Positions 18,708-28,574 of a stretch of 64,000 bases of DNA are shown in pieces. Numbering within the stretch: the stretch's first letter is position 1; every line of letters starts with the position of its first letter. The stretch spans positions 104,574-168,573 of the forward strand of contig JAAZBX010000002.1 in NCBI GenBank assembly GCA_012513575.1, in the 5' to 3' direction. The notes beneath the pieces were generated by a model, which searched no databases, was not told the origin of the DNA, and saw nothing but the letters and a program-made list of their open reading frames with translations. Source of the stretch: Candidatus Dojkabacteria bacterium (GTDB lineage: Bacteria > Patescibacteriota > Dojkabacteria > SC72). The position numbers and the translations under genes are program-made.

Positions 18708-20131
18708 TAATCTTTTATTGCAATAACTCTTATTAATTCTTTTATATCTATCATACCATCTGTTAATTTACTTACTGCATCTTCAACCATGAGTTTGAAG
18801 TCACCCTTTTTAGCTGTTGTCAGAATTGCATCCATTGAAGGGTTAGAAATAATGGTGTCCCTTAAAGGTTTATCTATATACAACAACTCATAGATTCCGA
18901 CTCTTCCAGAGTATCCAGTGTTGTTACATTTCTCGCAGCCTACAGCTTTGTAAAGTTTTTGAGAGGGTTTAACAAATTTCTGTAGGTCAGGTCGTAATTT
19001 AAGTAACTCTTTGTTCTCTTCATCTTTTTCTAGTACATACTCTTTTTTACACTCTTTACAAAGTCTTCTTGCAAGTCTTTGAGCTACAACAATATTCAAT
19101 GTAGAGGCTATCAGGAATGGCTCAATCCCCATATCCACAAGTCTTGGGATGGCACTTACGGAATCATTTGCGTGAAGAGTAGAGAGAACTAGATGGCCAG
19201 TTAATGCTGAGTTTACAGTAATTCTTGCGGTCTCAGTGTCTCTAATCTCTCCGACCATGATTACATTTGGATCTTGTCTTAGAATAGACCTTAATCCTGT
19301 GGCGAATGTTAAATCACTTTTCACATTTATCTGTATGTGGTTTACACCATCGATACTGTATTCAACAGGGTCTTCAATAGTGGTAATGTTAACCTCTCTA
19401 GTGTTTAGAATTTTAAGGATAGAGTAGAGGGTTGTTGTTTTCCCACTTCCAGTTGGGCCAGTTATGAGGATGAGTCCGTACGGTTGTCTGTATGATTTTT
19501 CTAGGAATTCTAAATCATGGTTACTGAAACCTAAATCAGACATAGAGTACGACTTATTGGCTTGAGTGAGCAACCTTATTACAACTTTCTCACCAAAAGT
19601 CACAGGCAATATTGATACTCTTGCATCAACATTGTATGTGTCTTTTTCTAGAGATTGAAATGCCTCTAAACGGTTTAATGTCTTTTTGATTTCCTTTTCT
19701 TTCTCTTTTTCTTCGTCTTTACCCCATCTGCTCTTTTTTGGCTTCTCTTCCTCTTTTGTCTCTTCTGCTTCTTTTTCTTCTTCCTCTTTCTCGTTCTCTT
19801 CCTTGGATATTGGTTCTCCATCGATTAAGGATTTTTTGAATTCAAAAGGAATTTTTCCATCCTGAGGTGTTAGATGAACATCTGTTCTTAACTTAGCTCT
19901 TACTTTGATAATAAAGAGTAAGCTTTCTTTTAATTCTGGGCCAATGGAAATTGTGTCTCTTAGTACACCATCAACTCTGTATCGTACTAAAAGTGCATTG
20001 TCTTCTTTTGACTCTATGTGAATATCAGAAGCTCTGCTCTTTAGGGCATCTAGGATTAAAGCATCAAGAAAGTCAGATATATTAATCTTCTTCTTGAGCA
20101 CATCATCCATTAATTCTAGTAGTTCAATCAT
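18707..20131 (-). CDS. pilB: Type IV pilus assembly ATPase PilB (GspE family)
   Basis: It has the Walker A motif LITGPTGSGKTTTL, Asp and His boxes, and a tetracysteine motif (CKECKK...CEKCNNTGY). Confidence 0.9.
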   Translation of the reverse strand: MIELLELMDDVLKKKINISDFLDALILDALKSRASDIHIESKEDNALLVRYRVDGVLRDTISIGPELKESLLFIIKVRAKLRTDVHLTPQDGKIPFEFKKSLIDGEPISKEENEKEEEEKEAEETKEEEKPKKSRWGKDEEKEKEKEIKKTLNRLEAFQSLEKDTYNVDARVSILPVTFGEKVVIRLLTQANKSYSMSDLGFSNHDLEFLEKSYRQPYGLILITGPTGSGKTTTLYSILKILNTREVNITTIEDPVEYSIDGVNHIQINVKSDLTFATGLRSILRQDPNVIMVGEIRDTETARITVNSALTGHLVLSTLHANDSVSAIPRLVDMGIEPFLIASTLNIVVAQRLARRLCKECKKEYVLEKDEENKELLKLRPDLQKFVKPSQKLYKAVGCEKCNNTGYSGRVGIYELLYIDKPLRDTIISNPSMDAILTTAKKGDFKLMVEDAVSKLTDGMIDIKELIRVIAIKD

Positions 20132-20200
20132 AACCCTAGGACAGCTAAGAGCTATCTGATATTCACTTTAAATACACAAAACACGTTATCTAGTAAGAAC

Positions 20201-20632
20201 CTATCTTCTTACTGAAATTACTTTTCCCTCTGCCCTTGGAGCAGCAATCTGAATCCTTGTACCTACTGTACAAATTGTGTAGCCAGTAATAGCATCTGTT
20301 CCATTTGTTGGATCTGTTGGGATTGAGACAATGTAGTCTTGATCCTCAGCTGTTAGAATTGTGAGGTCAATACCCTCCGTACCAATCGATGAAGGACCAT
20401 CAACATCGTCACATGATTTTATTCCTTCTGGGAGCTCATTCCTATCAGTTGTGTACTGTGTAACCGCATTTAGGATTGAGTTCACATCTGAGCTCCTCTG
20501 TGCATTTCTAGTATCCTTGAAGTTCTTTCCAGGATTGATAGCAACAATTGTTATTGTAGCAAGAATGATGATCAATGCTACAACAACAAGGATCTCGATA
20601 AGTGAGAAGCCCTCGTATCTTTTTCTACTCAT
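20201..20632 (-). CDS. pilA: Type IV major pilin (PilA-like)
   Basis: The N-terminus is MSRKRYEG|FSLIEILVVVALIIILATITIVA. Two C-terminal Cys residues are consistent with a D-region disulfide. Confidence 0.75.
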   Translation of the reverse strand: MSRKRYEGFSLIEILVVVALIIILATITIVAINPGKNFKDTRNAQRSSDVNSILNAVTQYTTDRNELPEGIKSCDDVDGPSSIGTEGIDLTILTAEDQDYIVSIPTDPTNGTDAITGYTICTVGTRIQIAAPRAEGKVISVRR

Positions 20633-20709
20633 AGAAAAATATATTAAATAAAATTAAGTACATATTTAATATACGAGGTAATCGAGAGTGTGTCAATTGT
20701 AAAGAATTC

Positions 20710-21537
20710 TTACTTAGCAAAATCTAAACTTCCAAGAATTGAATCTAAAGCAGTAAGTTCCTCTTCACTTGCATCTTGAGAAATCCACACATTAAAAAGT
20801 GGCACAGGACTTACTTCTTCAAGCCCTTTTAGTACTAACCAGTTACTTTCACATTGAGCCTCAAAAGTATTAGTACTTCTATCAGTATCATAGAATACTT
20901 TGGTTTCAACTCTTCTGAGTTCTGTACCAAACAGAGAGATCTCAGAATATTTTGTGTCTGTATAGTCAAGGACATTAGCTTGTATTCCGATTTCTTCATT
21001 TTGTTGATTCTGTTTCTCTTCAAAGTCTTCTGGGGAGTCTTTAAAAAGAACAATTTGAGAGCATCCTACACTCCCAACCCCATCAAGTATTTCAAGTCTA
21101 AAGATATTCTTGCTTTCGTGAGAGATCTCAAATTTTGTCAACCCACTATACTGAACCCCTTCGGTAACCATGTCGCTTTCTTCCCCATTTTTAAACTCTT
21201 TAATACTCCATCCTTGTGGTATTTCTGTGGTAAGATACTCACCTTGAAATTTTACTAATTCAGGTTCCTTTACAGTTTCTTCTTCTTTCTTTTCTTCCTC
21301 TTCTTCTATAGTATTGGTGGGGTTCTTTTCTGTAAAGTATCCTTCCTTAATAAAGATGTAAGTTCCCATTGCAATAACAGCAAAAAACAATATGAAGATT
21401 ATTACCATTAACCCTTTATTACCCTTTGTCTTCTTCTTCTCAACCTCGGCAATTGCTTCCTCCCCAGCTATGTTTACTTGATTATTCTCCTTAACAATCG
21501 TACCGTCCAAAGGAGTATTATTTGAATTCTCGTCCAT
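20710..21537 (-). CDS. Hypothetical membrane-anchored acidic protein
   Basis: It has a single N-terminal TM helix followed by a Glu-rich linker. Confidence 0.35.
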   Translation of the reverse strand: MDENSNNTPLDGTIVKENNQVNIAGEEAIAEVEKKKTKGNKGLMVIIFILFFAVIAMGTYIFIKEGYFTEKNPTNTIEEEEEKKEEETVKEPELVKFQGEYLTTEIPQGWSIKEFKNGEESDMVTEGVQYSGLTKFEISHESKNIFRLEILDGVGSVGCSQIVLFKDSPEDFEEKQNQQNEEIGIQANVLDYTDTKYSEISLFGTELRRVETKVFYDTDRSTNTFEAQCESNWLVLKGLEEVSPVPLFNVWISQDASEEELTALDSILGSLDFAK

Positions 21538-21586
21538 AAAATATTTAATATAATTTTATTATTTCAGTATAACCCAAATTAAAAAT

Positions 21587-22645
21587 TTGGGATATGGTAA
21601 AATAATAAGCTATATTATTTTTTACAGCATTCATTTGAAAAAATTACTCATAGGAATTCTTTTTGTTTTGCTTTTTCCGATTCCTTCTTTTGCAAAGGAG
21701 CAAGTAACTCTTTTTTGGGGGGTCACATGTCCATACTGTCATACAGTAAGAGAAAAAATTTCTGAAGAGAAACTAGATGAGAAGATAGATATTGTTGAAA
21801 TTGAGCTACAGGAAAACAAGGAGAACTTACCTAAGTTTGAGGAAAAAATTAAAGAGTGTAATATTAATCCTCAGCAAGCGGGGATTCCAATGCTTTTTGT
21901 TGATGGAAAATGCTATCAAGGAGTTGACCCCATAATGGAAAAACTAAACGGTATGGTTGAAGGAAAAGATGTCAATGGCTCAATTGAGGAAATAGATTTG
22001 GTTGAAGGCAAAAGAAATACAGAGATAATGATTGGAATTGTATCTCTTTTTCTTGTTGTGCTCGTTTTGTTCGGATACTACAGACAGAATATGAAGACAA
22101 GCAGAAAGAAAGATGCAAAAAAATCAAAAAAGGTATACACCTTAATATTGTTTTTGCTAGCTCCTTTGTTTTTTGCTTCCAAAACATACGCCATATGTCC
22201 ACTATGTACCATCGCTGTGGGCGCAGGAGTAGGATTCTCAAGATCATTGGGTATAGATGATCTAATTGTAGGACTTTGGGTCGGAGGTCTTCTTGTTTCT
22301 AGTAGTATGTGGCTTTTCGAATGGCTAAAATCTAAAAAGATTGCAAAGAAGCACACTGAGACATATTGGGCTTTTGGTGCTGCAACGTTAATGTTTGCTC
22401 TAACTCTCATACCTCTAAAGATGGCAGGTATTATTGGTCATCCTTTTAACAAAATGTTTGGAATAGACAAGGTTTTGCTAGGGGTAGTAATTGGGAGTGT
22501 TGTATTTTTTGCTTCGGGGAGATTACACTTTTACCTCAAGAGTAAAAACAAGGACCAAGTATATTTCCCTTATCAAAAAGTTGTAATACCTGTTGGAGCG
22601 TTGTGGTTGACTACAATTATCTTGTATTTAATAGTATACTATTAG
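21587..22645 (+). CDS. Exported glutaredoxin-like domain (CPYC) fused to a polytopic membrane domain carrying a CPLC motif; putative thiol-disulfide oxidoreductase
   Basis: It has a signal peptide, a Grx-like active site (WGVTCPYCH) and the Grx motif GIPMLFVDGKCYQG. At least five TM helices follow, with CPLC at the start of a helix. Confidence 0.5.
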   Translation: MGYGKIISYIIFYSIHLKKLLIGILFVLLFPIPSFAKEQVTLFWGVTCPYCHTVREKISEEKLDEKIDIVEIELQENKENLPKFEEKIKECNINPQQAGIPMLFVDGKCYQGVDPIMEKLNGMVEGKDVNGSIEEIDLVEGKRNTEIMIGIVSLFLVVLVLFGYYRQNMKTSRKKDAKKSKKVYTLILFLLAPLFFASKTYAICPLCTIAVGAGVGFSRSLGIDDLIVGLWVGGLLVSSSMWLFEWLKSKKIAKKHTETYWAFGAATLMFALTLIPLKMAGIIGHPFNKMFGIDKVLLGVVIGSVVFFASGRLHFYLKSKNKDQVYFPYQKVVIPVGALWLTTIILYLIVYY

Positions 22646-22662
22646 ACTTAAATTGACTTTTT

Positions 22663-23115
22663 TTGTTTATGCCAAAAGGAAAAAAAGTAACTGCCGAGGA
22701 TGTGAACAAATTGGTTGAGAAGTATGATGCTTTAAAAAAAGATGAGAAGCTTGATTTGTCTGCCGATGAAGATTTGTCTATTGCAATCATGAACCTCATT
22801 TCAATCGAAGAGCATTTGTTCTTTAGTGGCGGGAAAACAGGAAATAGTAAGTATTATGAACTTCTAAATGAGGTAAGAGATATGAGGAAGGGATTGCTTA
22901 AGAAAATTATCAAAGAGTATGAGGGAGAGGTATGGTGTATTTCTAAGCATCTTCTTGCAAGTAGCTACCGACTTATGGAATATGGTACTAAATGCTTGGG
23001 AAGAGGAAAGAACAAGGAGGCCTACGATATGTTTGAGAAAGCATACAACTTGTATTCTCTGTTTTGGGCTTTGAATATGGGAGTTATTAATCTAAGTGAA
23101 GTTAAAGAGGCGTAA
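22663..23115 (+). CDS. Hypothetical cytoplasmic protein
   Basis: It is a 150-aa ORF with no motif. Confidence 0.3.
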   Translation: MFMPKGKKVTAEDVNKLVEKYDALKKDEKLDLSADEDLSIAIMNLISIEEHLFFSGGKTGNSKYYELLNEVRDMRKGLLKKIIKEYEGEVWCISKHLLASSYRLMEYGTKCLGRGKNKEAYDMFEKAYNLYSLFWALNMGVINLSEVKEA

Positions 23116-23216
23116 TGAAGAAGGAAATGAAGAAGAAAAAAGCAAAGAAGAATGATTTTTGGAGTAAAATTGGAGACGTTGTAAAAAACGCTGTGGATTG
23201 CTGTATAGAGTAGGAG

Positions 23217-23801
23217 TTATTTAGTCTTAGGCTCTGGCTCTTGTACGGGTCCTAATTTCTTCTTAACTAGGAAGTAGTAAAGTATTCCTGGGATTATCCC
23301 AAACCCCATGAGTGTACCAGCGATTAGTATTACCATCCAGAGAGTTTTGTCTTGGAATTCCCTTTTGTTACAATCAATTAGCATAATAATGTTGAGGATT
23401 ATTCCTCCAAATGCAAGAAGACCAAAGAGTATCAATATTCCAAGAAAGACAAAGATACTTCCAAAGACTGCCACAATACCGTCCTCAATATTCTTTACGG
23501 GGGCATCATCAACCATTCTAGAAATGTCCTCGATATCACCTTGAATCTCTTCTCTCTGAGTATCAAACTCGTCCATTTTCTCTTCAAACAGTTCGTATGT
23601 TTCTCCAGTATCAGGAGCTTGCTCTTTGGCTTTTTCAAGATTCTCCTCCATTAGCTTTTTTGTTTCTTCCATCTGTAAATCGATCTCTTCATCTGTAGGT
23701 AATTGGGAAAGAATATTTTTTTGTTCCGCAAAAGAGTGTAGTGGTAAAAGGAGTATAAAGAAAAATACAAAGGTAGAGATTTTTAATATATTTTTAACCA
23801 T
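23217..23801 (-). CDS. Hypothetical exported or membrane protein
   Basis: It has a signal peptide, an acidic coiled coil and two C-terminal TM helices. Confidence 0.35.
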   Translation of the reverse strand: MVKNILKISTFVFFFILLLPLHSFAEQKNILSQLPTDEEIDLQMEETKKLMEENLEKAKEQAPDTGETYELFEEKMDEFDTQREEIQGDIEDISRMVDDAPVKNIEDGIVAVFGSIFVFLGILILFGLLAFGGIILNIIMLIDCNKREFQDKTLWMVILIAGTLMGFGIIPGILYYFLVKKKLGPVQEPEPKTK

Positions 23802-24057
23802 TAATGTATATCCCTAAATTAATATGCATATTGTTGCATAGGGATATTTGGTTGTCAATTTGAAATAATACGGGGATATTACAGAAATTAAATAAATAAT
23901 ACAGAAAAAATACAAAGAAAATATTGAGAAAGGGCTTTAGAAAGGAAAATGTCATGTGGGAGATAATATGAGATAGAGATATAGTACAAAAAGCTTACAG
24001 TGAAGATTTAGCTCTCTCTATCTTGCCTTCTTTGATCTTAACAAGTATATTACAGAA

Positions 24058-24873
24058 ATGAACACATCAAAATTTCTCAAAAAGGAAATAAACATGTCTC
24101 TCTTTCTCATATCAATATTAATATTGATAACAGTAATAGGTATACAAAGTACGAAAATTACAAACCTTCAAACGAGAGTAAACAAATCAAAAAGAGAGCT
24201 ACAAGAAGATTCTACAAGATTAACGTCAACATATGGGGTGGAAGAGTACATTCTTAATTGGAATGGAGTAATAGATGGATTCGAAAGAGAATACGAATTC
24301 ATATCATCTCCCAAATACTACCTTACGAATGAAAGAAACAAAGTAAGTGACACATGGATTCTTAGAGGGGGATACAGGTTGGAATTGGATTGTCCCGAGA
24401 TAGACTCTATGGTTATAGTCCCAGAAGACCCCTACGGTTGTAAGGTAAAATACAACGATCAATTAATTCGTTCTGATGTGAGATTCAACCTTGTTCCATG
24501 GGGAGTAGGTAAGTCCACACCATCATATGTAGATTTGGTTGTATACTCTCCGCGCAATAGTACAATAGAGGGTTTAGAGATTCTTGCATTAGGGGGCTAT
24601 CGTGGAGGACAGGTTGATGATATTTTCATATACAGGTTAGAAGATGGCGAAGCAGAATTAACACCTTTTAGTTTTCAAAACGAGCTTCTCCAATCATGGT
24701 CAGTTGAGAGTTCCATGAGTATTGGTTTGTATTACAACACAGCTGGAGATGTAAAACTAGTTACAGCATACTATGACCATATTGAGGATTTAGTAGGACC
24801 AGTAATTAGAGAGTGGAAACTAGGAAAGAATTCTTTGACTTTAGAGAAATCATTTGGTATTTCTACCAACTAA
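24058..24873 (+). CDS. Hypothetical membrane-anchored protein
   Basis: It has an N-terminal TM helix. No motif was recognised. Confidence 0.35.
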   Translation: MNTSKFLKKEINMSLFLISILILITVIGIQSTKITNLQTRVNKSKRELQEDSTRLTSTYGVEEYILNWNGVIDGFEREYEFISSPKYYLTNERNKVSDTWILRGGYRLELDCPEIDSMVIVPEDPYGCKVKYNDQLIRSDVRFNLVPWGVGKSTPSYVDLVVYSPRNSTIEGLEILALGGYRGGQVDDIFIYRLEDGEAELTPFSFQNELLQSWSVESSMSIGLYYNTAGDVKLVTAYYDHIEDLVGPVIREWKLGKNSLTLEKSFGISTN

Positions 24874-24894
24874 AGAATTGCTTACTTTCTCTCT

Positions 24895-26115
24895 TTAAAC
24901 AAACGTAAGTGCATACCCCTTTTTCCCAGCTCTTCCTGTTCTACCTATTCTGTGAATGTAATCATCATAGTTTTCGGGCATATCGTAGTTAATGACATGT
25001 GTAATATTGTTTATATCCAACCCTCTAGATGCCACATCTGTTGCAATTAAGATATTTACGTAATCTTTCTTAAATGAATCGATAATTCTTGATCTTTGCG
25101 ACTGTCTTTTATCCCCATGCAATGCATTAACCTTAATTCCTTTTTCAATTAATTTATTTGAAAGAGCATCTGCCTGTCTTTTAGTTCTAGTAAATATCAA
25201 TACCTTCTTGAATTCCTCTTTGTTAATATATTGGTACAACACATCAAACTTCGTCTCCCCTTCTTTTAAACGTATTACATCTTGATCAACATTCTTTCCT
25301 TTGGATTCTTCCTCTATCTGTATCTTTACCGGTTTCTTAAGTAGAGTATTGGCAATCTCCTCGCTTTTTCTGTTCATAGTGGCTGAGAAAAAAAGAGATT
25401 GTTTGTTCTCATTTAACTTCGAAATGATAAAACGAATGTCTTCGATAAAGCCCATATCAAGCATTCTATCTACCTCATCTAGCACTACATTATTTATTCT
25501 AAGTAAATCAATAGCTTTTCTACCAATTAAATCTTTCAATCTACCTGGTGTGGCTATTACAAAATGAGGATCTCTTTTCAAAACTCCTATCTGTTTCCCC
25601 ATACTGTTTCCTCCCATAATTAATACAGATCTCATACCTGTATTTCTTGCAAGTTGCAAAAATTCATCCTGTATTTGCATTGCTAACTCTCTTGTAGGTA
25701 CTACAATTAGAAACCTTTGAGAACTGTCTAGCACCCCTTTGTTTATCATAGGGATGAGAAATGCCGCTGTCTTTCCTGAGCCTGTATTTGCAATACCTAA
25801 AATGTCTTCTCCTTTGAGAATATGTGGTATTGCCTCATACTGAATCTTAGTTGGGCTTGTATATTTTTTGTATGTAATATTCTTTTTTAATTCTTTTGTT
25901 AAATCAAATTCTAAAAGATTATGATCTAATACATATATGCTTGGGAGGTCTTCAAATACAGCCTTAGCTATTAGCTGGCTGACATTTATACTACTTCCTC
26001 TTTTGTTGTACCCACCACCTCTTCTACTATTGCTGTATGAAGAACTTCTGTATGACGGTCTCCTTCTGCCGTAACGATTGTTACGTGCGTATTTATTTGT
26101 GGAATTGTTTTCCAT
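24895..26115 (-). CDS. DEAD-box ATP-dependent RNA helicase
   Basis: It has motif I (NTGSGKTAAF), motif II (LDEVDRML), SAT, and motif VI (HRIGRTGRAGKKG). The N-terminus is an Arg/Ser/Gly-rich low-complexity segment. Confidence 0.9.
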   Translation of the reverse strand: MENNSTNKYARNNRYGRRRPSYRSSSYSNSRRGGGYNKRGSSINVSQLIAKAVFEDLPSIYVLDHNLLEFDLTKELKKNITYKKYTSPTKIQYEAIPHILKGEDILGIANTGSGKTAAFLIPMINKGVLDSSQRFLIVVPTRELAMQIQDEFLQLARNTGMRSVLIMGGNSMGKQIGVLKRDPHFVIATPGRLKDLIGRKAIDLLRINNVVLDEVDRMLDMGFIEDIRFIISKLNENKQSLFFSATMNRKSEEIANTLLKKPVKIQIEEESKGKNVDQDVIRLKEGETKFDVLYQYINKEEFKKVLIFTRTKRQADALSNKLIEKGIKVNALHGDKRQSQRSRIIDSFKKDYVNILIATDVASRGLDINNITHVINYDMPENYDDYIHRIGRTGRAGKKGYALTFV

Positions 26116-26259
26116 TATTAAGTTTATTAATTTTATTTTCAGTTCTATAGAGGTAAATGAAAATAAAAATGTTTAACCTAATATGGATATGAGGCGATTA
26201 TTTCGTTTAAATCTAATCAAACGGATATGAGTATATCACAAATGTTTGAAAAGACCTAA

Positions 26260-26790
26260 TTAATGTTCCTTTACATCTCCGTATTTACCAGTAATGGGGT
26301 CTTTGAAGAGAAATATCTTGGGAGGGTAGTAGGAGAATATAGCAAATATTCCAACTATTCCAAGAGAGAGTAGAAGAGCAATCTCTTCTGGGAAGAGATA
26401 TATGTTCTCCTTGAGGAAGTATGACTGAGTTAGTAGTCCAAATAATATTGAAAGTATGAATATTAGGATGGTTACAGAGAAGGGGACTTTTTTAAGAAGT
26501 AAACGGAGAGGTTCAAATAGTAGGGGGATTGAGGTCACTTCTACGAGAAGTAGTATGAATATGGAATTAAAGAGGTTTGTATAGGTTTCTTTTAGAAATA
26601 TATATTGTAATATACCTACCAGTATTGTTGGTGCAACTAGTAGCTTCATGTGTTCCCATGTACTTTCATTTAATGCAGAGAATATGTGAAGAAGAATTCC
26701 CTTCTTTATCCAATCATGTGTGAAATGTAGGAGAGAGCCAAAAATGATCAGGAAGCAGAAAGAGAGGATCAAGATACTATATATATCCAT
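26260..26790 (-). CDS. Hypothetical polytopic membrane protein
   Basis: It is a 176-aa hydrophobic ORF. Confidence 0.4.
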   Translation of the reverse strand: MDIYSILILSFCFLIIFGSLLHFTHDWIKKGILLHIFSALNESTWEHMKLLVAPTILVGILQYIFLKETYTNLFNSIFILLLVEVTSIPLLFEPLRLLLKKVPFSVTILIFILSILFGLLTQSYFLKENIYLFPEEIALLLSLGIVGIFAIFSYYPPKIFLFKDPITGKYGDVKEH

Positions 26791-27106
26791 ACCTTAGTAT
26801 ATATGTAGGAGAGATATTTTCCAATATGGATACAGAATTTGGTAGAAGACAAGTAAATGAGAAAAGGGAGAAATCTGTTTTTCCCGAGCCTCCCAGGCGA
26901 CAGCCCATAGTGTTGAGTCCCCAGCCCAATTTTGGTATAATATGTTGTATTAAGACCAAAAGTTTCCTTTTAAGGAACAGTCTTTACAAATATTGCACCT
27001 TAATAAATATTAATATTGGCAAGGATAGTACTCCTCCTTTAGGGTGGTATTACCCTTGTCAATATAATCAAGAGTCCATATACAAAATACAAAAAAGGAG
27101 ATTACG

Positions 27107-28108
27107 ATGGAAATTTTCGCAAATGGAGTAGCTACATTGCTGTTTGTCTTGTTGTTCTTGGGGGCAGTAGTTTTTGTGCTTTCCCTAATCTTTGAGGGTC
27201 GCTCTGATGCCCTTTTGATCATCCCTGCGGTGATGCTGGTTTGTTCCGTCTTTGGGTTAAGCTACAGCACAACTCATAGAGTTGTCCCAGCGAATCAGAG
27301 GTGGGTCGTTATCAACACTCTCAAGGGAGAGGTTCAAGGGGGTGTGAGAAAATCTGGGATTACAAAGATGCCTTTGATCCGGGATATTCACAAGTACCCT
27401 GGGGCACAAGAACAGCCATTTTGTATACAATATACCCCAGCATTAAAAGAGGGATATGAAATCACTGTAGACATCTGCGGCAACTATGATGCCTCCATCT
27501 TGGATTGGGAGCAAATTTACAAAGCGTACAACTTCACTGGAGAAGAGCAATTGCTTGCACATTGGGCTAACCAGTCCAAGGAAGTTGTAAGTTTGGCTTT
27601 CGTAGGTGTCGACTATTCGAAGTTGACAACTGAAAGACCTCAAGTTTCCAATCAGGTAAGAGAGAATCTTAATCCTTGGTTTGAGGATTGGGGAGTTTCT
27701 GTGTCTAATATAGTACTTAAAAATTGGGACTTCACGTCTGAGCAAGTGAAGCTGCAGGTTGATAGAGCTAGCTCTGCATCTATGCAAAAGACGATCGAAT
27801 CTCAATTACTGGAAGCAGCCAAACTGGCAAGAGAGCGTCAATTGTATGAGGTAGAAACTGCAAATTTGATTCTTAAAGAGAGGGGTTTAGGTCTTAAAGA
27901 CTTAATAGAATCTCTTGGGATCAAAGATGATAGTGCTAAGGCACAAATTGCTACCCAAATGACTTGGTACGCTTATGCTGAAAATCCCCCTGAGGGAGTT
28001 CAGATTGTTTTGTCTGTAGGAAGTGGAGGTAGTGTCCCAGTTTCAATTCCAATTGATTTTGGTAACATTACTACCGTTCCGGAAGTACCTGTTGAAGGTG
28101 AAAAATAA
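27107..28108 (+). CDS. SPFH/band-7-like domain membrane protein
   Basis: It has an N-terminal TM region followed by an SPFH-like core (VVPANQRWVVINTLKGE...VDICGNYDA...VSNIVLKNWDF). Confidence is moderate. Confidence 0.5.
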   Translation: MEIFANGVATLLFVLLFLGAVVFVLSLIFEGRSDALLIIPAVMLVCSVFGLSYSTTHRVVPANQRWVVINTLKGEVQGGVRKSGITKMPLIRDIHKYPGAQEQPFCIQYTPALKEGYEITVDICGNYDASILDWEQIYKAYNFTGEEQLLAHWANQSKEVVSLAFVGVDYSKLTTERPQVSNQVRENLNPWFEDWGVSVSNIVLKNWDFTSEQVKLQVDRASSASMQKTIESQLLEAAKLARERQLYEVETANLILKERGLGLKDLIESLGIKDDSAKAQIATQMTWYAYAENPPEGVQIVLSVGSGGSVPVSIPIDFGNITTVPEVPVEGEK

Positions 28109-28132
28109 TAACTCTTGATTAAAAGGTGCATT

Positions 28133-28185
28133 TACCCCACAAAGTTTTTATCTATTTAATAGATATTTACCGAGTGGGGTTTTTG
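28133..28185 (+). terminator. Rho-independent terminator-like hairpin
   Basis: CCCCAC...GTGGGG is followed by TTTTT. The enclosed loop contains the perfect palindrome TATCTATTTAATAGATA. Confidence 0.4.
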
Positions 28186-28283
28186 CATTTTATAGGGGAG
28201 AGGACGTGTAAATCCCTTTTCTTCCGAGTAATTCTTAGATGGTATAATTATATATATGTAATTAATTTTATTACATCAATTTT

Positions 28284-28562
28284 ATGGAAATTAAAATAAA
28301 AGATTCGGTTAGTTGTATTAATGGGAAGGGGGATGAGGATTATACTTATATCTTTGATGCAGAATCAAAGTCCCATATTTTTATTTGTAACGCATTACTA
28401 AAAGAACTTGGGTACGAGAATTTAGAGGAAAAAGAAGAGGAGATTTTTCTTCAAATCACAAATGCTTTAGATTATGGGACATTTCATGAGGAGCATCTTA
28501 AAAAGGGCATTTTTATTAGAACAGAAGAGGAATTTAGGGATAATTTGTGTAAGAATCTTTGA
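28284..28562 (+). CDS. Hypothetical small protein
   Basis: It is a 92-aa ORF with no motif. Confidence 0.3.
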   Translation: MEIKIKDSVSCINGKGDEDYTYIFDAESKSHIFICNALLKELGYENLEEKEEEIFLQITNALDYGTFHEEHLKKGIFIRTEEEFRDNLCKNL

Positions 28563-28574
28563 AGATGGGGACTT

